Under the pieces are notes generated by a model. The model did no database searches. It worked only from the letters and a program-made list of their open reading frames with translations, and was not told where the DNA came from. Positions 1 to 33,211 of a stretch of DNA of 64,000 nt are shown here, in pieces; the first letter of the stretch is position 1, and each line of letters starts with the position of its first letter. Made by a program: the position numbers and the translations under genes. The stretch is from Paraspadella gotoi (Eukaryota; Animalia; Chaetognatha). Location of the stretch: contig CM119265.1 of the NCBI GenBank assembly GCA_051294375.1, positions 13,322,124 through 13,386,123 on the forward strand. Direction: 5' to 3'.

Positions 1-54
1 GAAGAAAATTTGAAGGAGACCGAGATACCGAATCCCTCGCACTCTTCGAGGCTT

Positions 55-85
<31 letters not shown>

Positions 86-3027
86 CGTCAGTCCGTCCGT
101 CTTTCAGAATATTAACGATCTTTCTTTATTTTTTCTTTCTTTATTTCTTTTTTTCTTTCTTTCTTTTTTTCTTTCTTTCTTCTTCTGTTCGTTCCTACGT
201 TCAAATTAAACTGTTTTTTTTTTTTTTTTACTATTTTGGTTAAATATAAACAATTTTACATAGTTCTTAATAGAAAAACGGCCCGAAACCGGTTGAAATT
301 TCGTCCTTGAAAAAAGGTTCGTAGGGGTTAGGGTCGGTTAGGCGTTAGCGAAAAAAAAGATTAAAAACGTGGAAGAGCAAAAGAAAGAAGAGTTAAAGTT
401 AGGGAAGGTGAAAGATGTGAGGAAGGGAAAGATGAACGAAACCCTACCACCTTTTCTCGCGGCCTAAAAATTATTTGGGAAAAGATGCAAATCACAGAGA
501 AACGAACGAATAAAAATGAAAACGGCAAAACGGCGGAAAACAAAGATAATAACTTTTAAAAGCAAAAAATCGAAGTCCCGGCAATCGCCGCCGATAGTAG
601 GGATGAAAGAATAGACAAAGCGTGACGTTGATTCCCTCGAATGACTTTTTCGGCAGATTGCAGAAAACTTATCAAAAAGACGGAATGCGGAATATCCGCT
701 CTCAGCTATTGGACACTTCCGTCGAGATTCCTTACGATTGACTCGCTTCGCTTCTCTGAACTGAAGTCAGGTTGAAAGTAAATATAGAACATTTCTTTTC
801 AACTAATCTTTCTCTTCGTCTCTGTTCCAGACTCATTGTCTGTCTGTTTATCTGTCTGACTGTCTTTCCGTCTGTCTGTCTCTATCTTTAATTATTCGAC
901 GCTCATTAAAAAAGGATTCCGTTATTTACTCATTACTTCCTTGAAGATTTGTAGCTTCTTCTTGTTTCAACAGCGACGAAAACATCGTTTCTAATCACAT
1001 TGCCAAAAACAAGCAACTGCGGAAGTTCACGTGCCAAGTATCGTTGGAAGAAAGATAACAGATTGCACAATAAAGCACAAAGAGGTTAAATCAGTAAAAA
1101 TGTCGATTTTCTATTTCTCCTGTAAAGATCTACGGGTCGTCGACTCCTGTCGCTCCTTGTAAGATTTTAGTGTCTGTTTGTCCGCATCGATTTGACATCC
1201 GATCGACAAAAGCAGAAGAAGGGAAGGAATTTAACACAATCGAAGAAATAGAAATAGAAAAGAGAAAAAAAAGAGATCAAGAGATTTACGTAATACGTTA
1301 CTATGGAAATCTTAGCGTTGATATTGAAGTGGCAAAAAAAAAAACCGCTAGGTATCACTCGAAGCAGACATATATCACTATATTTTTGGTAGTAGCCATA
1401 TCGGTATTGACCAGATGTAAATGAAAATCCAACCAGCAACAATGAAAAACTTTTGACGGCTTTCATAAACAGATCTGAAATTGAAAGTGGTTACTTCATT
1501 CGCGTTGCATCTTTAAAATTGTTTTATCTATTTATTTTCATCAACTTTTAACCAATCAAGTTTTCTGTTTTGTTTTCTGAGAAAAGATTCTGATTAAATT
1601 TCATTTTAATACGTATCTGTCTTTTTTTAAATTCAAGCAAAACTTGCAAGTTTGGTGGGCATTTAACCTTATAAATTAGTAATTATTAGCTAATTTATTG
1701 GCCAGAGTCATGCTGGGGTATGAAGACATAGGAATTCATATTACTTTCTCTCAAAGGGTTTGAATTTAGATACATTTTACGCCGATTTCTCCTGAAGTTT
1801 TATCAATCATTTCATTTTTTTTTCAAAAATATATATAAAAATTATCATATACTTTTATTTCAGTGAATTATTATAATAACTAAAATTAGAATGACAATCT
1901 TCTCTCTAAAAAAGAGATAGAATAGAGATTAATTCCCATCCAATAGAAGACGGGTCAAATTATAGTGACAAAAGAACAAAAGGGCAGAATGGAAAGATCA
2001 AGAAAAACTCCGACGTTTGTTTCTAAGAAAAGGAAACATGCGATGGGACGCAGCCAACATGCAATCGCGAGAAAGACATGCAGCCAATTTCATGTCAGAA
2101 TTCATGGGCCAAATATTTTGAAAGGCAGGAAGACGGGGTGGTCGAAAGGGAGGGGTGAAAAATGTAAGAGAGAAAGACTCAGTTATCAATTGTTATAATA
2201 ATATTATTATCTTTCCTATCGTTTAACATTTTACTACTTTCAAGAATGCTCCTTCTCGATCGCCCTCCTTTCCTTACCGGAACCTCGCCCGATCCGCTTC
2301 TCCTTTTTCCTCACGTCATCTTTACGAGAAGATTCCTCCAAATTCCCTTCTGAAATTATATTATTAAGAATAATATTGCAAGCGAATTATATTATAAATG
2401 TTAAATCAAACTGAACTAATGTGACATAATCATAAAGCACGTTTCCGCCGTCGCGTGGTCCGGACGCCGTTTGTTTGCCTCTCCTCCTCCTCCTCCTCCT
2501 CCTCCTCCTCCTCCTTCTTACTCATCCTCTTCAGTTCCGTCCAGCTCCTCATCTCTGCCTCATTGGTAAGGCAGTTCCATCGTCGATTCCTTACCTTTTT
2601 TCTCTCTCTCTCTCTCTCTCTCTATTTCACGAAGTAGGACGATCCGTTTCGCACAAGTTTATTAATTGGACCAAATCGTCTCTTTTTTCTTTTCTTCGCG
2701 GATAAATTCACTTCTTAATCCTTAATTCCTAATCGTTTGGCGAAGATAAAAAAAATCCAATTATAACAAAAGAAGCAATACATGAAACCACCTCATTATT
2801 ATGTTCTAATTCAAGTATCAATTAAACTAAAGAATTTAAAAATACATTAAAATGAAATCATAACCGATGCACGATTGGTCGACACTAAAAAAGCTGCTCT
2901 TCCGAAAATTATCGATGGAATTCACTTAATTATTTCGAAAAATGGCTGAAAAAAAAGGGAAATTGAAATTTAATATTATGGCAACAGCTGGGTTGCCTGT
3001 GATGCCCATTGGGATGGGGCATCTCAC

Positions 3028-3110
3028 TGTTGGCTTTGGGGGCTTCCGACCCTCAGTGACGCCTCCAGCCACTGGCGCGGTTACCCTATGACGGTCTCGC
3101 TTTGCCAACA
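3028..3110 (-). ncRNA. Twister ribozyme, type P5 permutation, in the 3' LTR (best-preserved copy of this family)
   Basis: Minus-strand RNA reads UGUUGGC AAA GCGA GA CC G UC AUAG GG U^AA CCGC GC CAGUGGC UGGAGGC GUCACUG AGGG UCGGAAGC CCCC AAA GCCAACA. It has P5 (7 bp), P2, short P1, P3 (7 bp), P4, conserved UAA, GA and AAGC, pseudoknot T1 (GG/CC) and T2 (GC/GC). One C.A mismatch in P2 and one in P4. Predicted cleavage between 3083 and 3082. Confidence 0.8.
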
Positions 3111-3337
3111 CAGAGGGAAGTCGTTAGGACTGTGGAGTGTGGATGGAACACTACGCCTGGGATGGTGTGTTCCCCCTCTGAGCCAATGGATTTGGCTGAA
3201 GGATGGTGGACGTGAGGCGGTGTGAATATACCGCCACAGGATTCCCGGGCCAAGACATCACTCAGGTTCCTAAAGCCTGAGAGGTGTCTGACAAGACTGT
3301 TACCATAGTGGGAGAGAGAGAGAGAGCGGGAGTTGTG

Positions 3338-3397
3338 GGGGCATAGGCGTTTGTCATAGCATACCCCAGGGGCATAGGCGTTTGTCGTAGCGTACCC
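3338..3397. repeat. 31-bp-period tandem duplication inside the element's internal region
   Basis: ggggcataggcgtttgtc(a/g)tagc(a/g)taccc occurs at 3338-3366 and 3369-3397. Confidence 0.9.
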
Positions 3398-3399
3398 TG

Positions 3400-3432
3400 A
3401 GAAGGTTGCGTGTTCGATAGTAGGGCTCACCA
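3400..3432 (-). promoter_or_regulatory. Primer-binding site complementary to the 3' part of tRNA-Trp
   Basis: The + strand reads agaaggttgcgtgttcgatagtagggctcacca. This resembles the 3' half of metazoan tRNA-Trp (AGAAGGTTGCGTGTTCAAATCACGTCGGGGTCACCA, recalled from memory) including the CCA end, and lies 2 nt from the LTR boundary. Confidence 0.75.
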
Positions 3433-3485
3433 CTTATGGCAACAGCCGGGTTGCCTGTGATGCCCATTGAGATGTGGCATCTCAC

Positions 3486-3568
3486 TGTTGGCTTTGGGGG
3501 CTTCCGACACTCAATGACGCCTCCAGTCACTGGCGCGGTTACCCTCGGACGGTCTCGCTTTGCCAATA
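3486..3568 (-). ncRNA. Twister ribozyme motif in the 5' LTR (partly degenerate)
   Basis: Same fold as 3028-3110, offset by 458 nt. Substitutions disrupt P4 (AGUG/CCCC) and the outer part of P5. UAA, GA, AAGC and both pseudoknots are retained. Confidence 0.65.
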
Positions 3569-4090
3569 CAGAGGGAAGTCGTTAGGACTGTGGAGTGTGG
3601 ATGGAACACTACGCCTGGGATGGTGTGTTCCCCCTCTGAGCGAATGGATTTGGCTGAAGGATGGTGAAAGTGAGGCGGTGTGAATATACCGCCACAATAT
3701 TTTCTTTGTTTTCGCCTCAAAAATTTTTTTTTTCGGTATGCGTTGCAAAAGCAGCCGGGTGACAAGAAACGGGCTATAGAGCGGAGAGGAGAAGAGAAAA
3801 AGCAACAATGAAAATGAAAAAAAAAATAATTAAAAAAAAATGTAAAAAAAAATCAGATGCAGTACGAGAAGAAAACGACGACGACGACGACGACGACCAT
3901 TTGAAAGGAAACAACAACTTCCTTTTGCGCAGGTTTGATAATGTCAGCTTTGACGACATCTATGTATTTTTTATTTTGACTACATTAGTCGTTTAGTTTT
4001 ATATTTTTAATATATTTCAACATTTTTAAAGGTAAATAAATGGAATCAAATAAATCAACAACTTAAATTTCGCTCATTTTTAAATTCAAT

Positions 4091-5264
<1,174 letters not shown>

Positions 5265-6547
5265 CCACGGCGTCAGAATTGAAGGCGTTACGAATTGGGA
5301 AGCTGCCCGCTGGCGAAGAGAGACAGATATGCTACGATGGAATTGTGTGAGTGCGATAGGGAGGGAGGGAAAAGGAAAAGAGGGAGAGAGAAAAAAGAAG
5401 AGAGAGAGAAAAAAGAAGAGAGAGAGAGAGAGCGAGAGCGAGAGTGAGAAGGGAAAGAAAAAGCGAAAGTGATTGAAAAGAGCTAAAGGGAGGGCGAGAG
5501 AGAGAAAGAAATATAGAAAAAAAAGAAAGAAAAAAAGAAAAAAAGAAAGAAAGAAAGAGGTAGAGAGAGAGAATGACAGACGGGAAAAAAAGAAAAGAGA
5601 AAGAGAGACAAACATATGCGAAAAATATAAAGGTAACTTGGAACGCTTTGGACGAATTCATCTAAAAAAAAAAAAAGAATGAACGAAACAGATTATGTGC
5701 ATCACCCAAGCCAGAGCTTCTCACTTGAGTCTTTTCGCCATCTCCAAGCCATTGACACAAAAAAAAACTTACAATTTACACTAACAAACTTTTAAAGCCC
5801 TCCTATCTTTCTTTTTTTCTTTCTTTCTTTCAGTGTCCTTCTCTCCTTCTCTAATCTTTTAATTCTGCAAAAAAAGGAGGATGAAAAAAATTGTCCTTTA
5901 TCTTTCCTTATTTCATTGTCAATGAGTTGATTAAACTCGTTCGAAGGAGACAAAAATGTCGTTCATTCAAATCTTATTTATTTTCCTTCGATAAACATTG
6001 GGTTTTATCTTTGAATTCGGTTGGGAAGGTCGCCGGGTTGACCCGAACATCTTTGCTATTCGCCGATTCCTTTTTCCCCCCCTTTTTTTCCATTTTTTAG
6101 ATAGATCTTATTTTTTTTCTTTATTCGACAGTTCGAAACAGAAAATCACAAAATTGACGACAAATGATGCTACTGATTGTTTTTTTTTTTTATTCACAGC
6201 TTAAATCTGTTTTGGTTTTTCGGATCTAATTTCGCCCTCAAAGCGATCAAACGGCAAACGTGCAAATCTCGATTGAAAAGAGAATTTAACTGATTAATTT
6301 TTTTGACGCTTTAAAAAACGGATATCGTATTTGAAGCGACATCAGCGCAGCGCCTCGCGGATGCTTTGCCGAATGCGGCGGAAAACGGAAAACTCTTAAC
6401 TGTAAACGCCGTCTTTTTCAAATTGCCAAATTCACGGGTGGCGCAACGCCACTTTTTTTTTTCGAAGAAAACTCCGCAGATGGCGCTCGGATTACCAACG
6501 CTCTCGATCGTCCGCTAGATCATAACAATAGACCAAAAGAGGTCGCG

Positions 6548-29935
<23,388 letters not shown>

Positions 29936-30486
29936 AATCTAGATTTAGAATCGTCTACCGATAGTGTCTTAATAGTTACGAGGCTCTTTTTAAAAATGAA
30001 TTGTTGTCTTGCAATGGTGATTAATGGCGCAACCGTAAAAACTCTATATTTGCGACAAAAGATTGATTTTGTGCAGTCGTTTTGTTTCGCTCTTGGTTTC
30101 TGTCGCGATTGTCCTTCTGTAATCTTTAAAAAATTCTTATTTATGTTTTACTCTTCGCGTTTGCTTTTTTAGTTTCATTTCAAATTTCATGATTGTTTTT
30201 TTTTTTTTTGACGAAATAGAAGAATGATGGGTGCAGTTTCATCTCTAACTCTAGCTCTTTCTCTTTTAGACAGAAAAAAAAAGAAGCTAAGTTTGCCTGT
30301 TTTATATGGTTTGGAAATTTACTTCGATAATGACTTTCGGACCACTTACGGACATAACCTCCCAAGAATGACGACACTCAAAGACTGAAATTAGCAGTAT
30401 AGGCTGCAAAAACCGAGAACTCAAATTAAATTCACCAGGAAAAAGTAAAGGGTGGCAACGAAGCAGAAGATCCTGTCTTACTAAAC

Positions 30487-30942
30487 TTACTCTTTTTTCG
30501 CCGGTCCTTTGACCTCCCCCCTCTTGAACGACACCATCGATCCGAGAAAGTCTCCCACGGATTCGCACAATCCCCGGATGTGGACGCGAAGAAGAACGTC
30601 GAAGAAAGAGACGTGTTGCGGGACGCGCTGACGGACGGGCGAGGCCGTCATGGATTTCCTCGGTTTCAGCCACAGAGAATTGGGAGAAGAGACGACGGGA
30701 AGATGATTCCTTCGAGCGGCGGCGCGTCGGAAGAAGCGAAGCACGTCGTCGTCCTCTTCCGAGTCTTCCTCGAACACCTCGTCTTCGTCTTCCATTTCTT
30801 CCTCTTCGTCTTCTCTCGGTTCACCTTCTTCATTTCCTCTCCTCCTCCTCTTCCTCCTCCTCCTCCTCGTCGAAAATGTCCATCCATCGGACGCGCTCGG
30901 CTCTCCTACGAATGTTGCGTGACTCCGCTGTCGTATCCACAA
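30487..30942 (-). other. Possible exon of an unidentified minus-strand gene (basic then acidic low-complexity peptide)
   Basis: GC-rich island with exon-like composition and an open frame RRRRRKRRRR...EDEEEEMEDEDE ending at a GTAAGT donor-like site. No recognisable domain. Confidence 0.3.
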
Positions 30943-31859
30943 TACTTTCCGACAAAATTGATCGAAACCTTTGGGTTGAGGGCGTCGGCGTTCGTATTCA
31001 TCGTCAAAGGCGTATTGTGGATGTTGAGCGTTTTTTGAAATCCGTGATGCACCTCGCTGGGACTTTCTTCGTCTGCATCTTCGTAGTGTTTTCTGAAGTT
31101 TTTAAGTGGAACAATACTTAATATATTTTTTATTTTATTATTTTTTTGCAATACATAATTCAATTTTAATATCGGGAAAAGTCAATTTTACCATTAGTAA
31201 ATATGTATCTAATAGTATCTATGATCAATTCTCTCACCTATTTTTTCGCGCTCTTCTTTTCGTGGCCGCGAGATATAGTGCTCCGGTTCGAACCCCACTC
31301 ATTTTCTGATTTATAAAGAAATAAAGAAAATTAATTTTAGTAAAAAAATTTGGGGGGAAAAAGCCAAAAATCAGTAGAGCTTTTATTTCTTGGTTTTAGG
31401 CACCAAAATGACTTCAATTAAAATCAATTAATTTGCGTCGCGAAATGACAATGAGGGCAGCCTCACAGCATCGGTGGAGGAAATGAAGGAAACCACGAAA
31501 ACGTGAACGTTAATCTCATTAACTCAGCAACGGTAGCATTTGGATTTTGTCTATGTCGAAAAATCGGATTAAAGACGAAAACTGTTTATAAAATTTTGTT
31601 TATAAATGACACTTTAACGGGTTAACTGATATCCTAGTTAATAGCGTGTATAGTGAGATTACAATTTGGAATATCCTATCGAACACTGATTCATATTTTA
31701 AGTCATTTTTCATAGTGTTAAATCTCTCTTTCTTGTAATGTAGGGTAGCCGCATCAACTGGGGGAGTCTAAAAATTTAAGCAGTGAGTACATGCTCAAAC
31801 GAACTATAGACATTTTTAAGAATACTTTCAATGACAAAAAAATTTCTAATATGGGCTCT

Positions 31860-32180
31860 ATACCCTAGTAATTAATTTTTAATATTATTTTAGATAGGAA
31901 AGACCAAAAATTTTTTTAGAATTTTTAAATTTTAAGACCAGATTCAGATAGCTCATAAAAAGTTGTCTACACAAAGTATAATTCTTTTTTAAATATTTCA
32001 TTTACGATTGTCTGTTCAAAATAAAAAACCATAAAAAATCATCATCATCTTTCGATCGATTTTATCAGTTTTTTTAGATTTTCACTTAGAACGTAAGTTT
32101 TAAAAGCTGTAATTATATTTCTTGTTTACTTTTTATGTTTCTATCAGAATCATCAAAAAAATTTAAGATTTAAAAAAAAT
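31860..32180 (+). repeat. AT-rich dispersed repeat, copy 1 (probable non-autonomous DNA-transposon remnant)
   Basis: Shares cagattca(g/a)atagct...aaagtt(g/a)tctacacaaagtataattctttttt and ctatcagaatca with the reverse complement of about 34790-35130. Confidence 0.65.
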
Positions 32181-33211
32181 ATTTTACTCTATATAGTAAT
32201 ATAATATTTTTAATTAGGCTCAGTACCCTTGAAGAAAGCATTTTTGAAAAAAATAATTTTAATACCATAATCTATGGTCATGATAGATTATTATTCGCTG
32301 TATACATTAGCATTTAAATTTCATCGGCTATGGCTACAAGTTGTTGTGTTTTTTTTTGTGATTTAAGTTAACGAAAGATTTTAAATGATAAAAAAAACGA
32401 TTTTTGTTGTGGTTTTTTTTTTGATTTAAGTTAAGAAAGATTTTAATGATACAAAAACCGATTTTTTATCCAATAAAATTAAATTCGAATCTTCATCAGC
32501 GTTTATTCACAAAGAGTCGAAACATGTCCGAATTTTATTTGAAGAAAAGTCGTTGTTGTTATCTAATTAAGAACTTCGTTTTTCTCAGTTATTTTCAAAA
32601 ATTGTTTAAAACATCTTTCTTATTTCGTTGGTGGGTTTTAGTCCACCATAGTATATGTTTTAACCCTACTTAACATAGTTTGGAACAAAGCCCAAATTTT
32701 CCCCAAATTTTCCCTCCTACAGCAATCGACTTTAAGCTTTAATATCAAACTACCTTTTGTTTTTCGACTATTAATTTTATCTTTGTCAGTTTAGCGGGCG
32801 ACTAAAAAACAAAGAATGCCCGAATCTGAACAAAAGACCAGTTACTTCTCGCTTCAAGATTTTGTTCGAATTTTCCTTCTCGCTTTCATACCCAGTTCCT
32901 CTGGTTATAGGCCCAGTGGAGCTGCTTCAATTTTATTTTGATTAAAGGTGCTAAGTGAATCACGCCCAATTCTTAAAAAGAGGGATATATTTACTGCAAT
33001 TTCGTCATCGCCGGTGCAATTTTATTGATTTTTTTAACGTCTCGAGTGAACATTTAGTATACATGAACCAGAAATTGGCTCTCGAAATTCTGGTTAAGAC
33101 GCTAACTAGATTAAAATAGATCCAATATGCACGAGAGCTCGGCCTTCCCGATGAATCACTTCGACCGAGATTCGCGAAGATGAAACATCTCTTCTGAGTT
33201 AAGATGTTTTG

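Larger units (their letters stand above)
2977..3696 (-). mobile_element. Non-coding miniature LTR retroelement (TRIM/retrozyme-like): LTR 3435-3696, 196-bp internal region, LTR 2977-3238
   Basis: Two 262-bp direct repeats with about 12 substitutions by manual comparison. In element orientation each begins TGTGGC and ends GCCATA. The element is flanked by the 4-bp duplication ATAT (2973-2976 and 3697-3700). A TGG-starting primer site lies 2 nt inside the 5' LTR end. No credible ORF. Confidence 0.9.

Noticed and set aside
3400-3432. A tRNA gene
   Set aside because: Only the 3' third is present, with encoded CCA and a deletion in the T arm. Its position next to the LTR identifies it as a primer site.
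2926-3808. Short ORFs across the LTR element
   Set aside because: No gag/pol similarity; these are incidental frames in GC-rich structured sequence.
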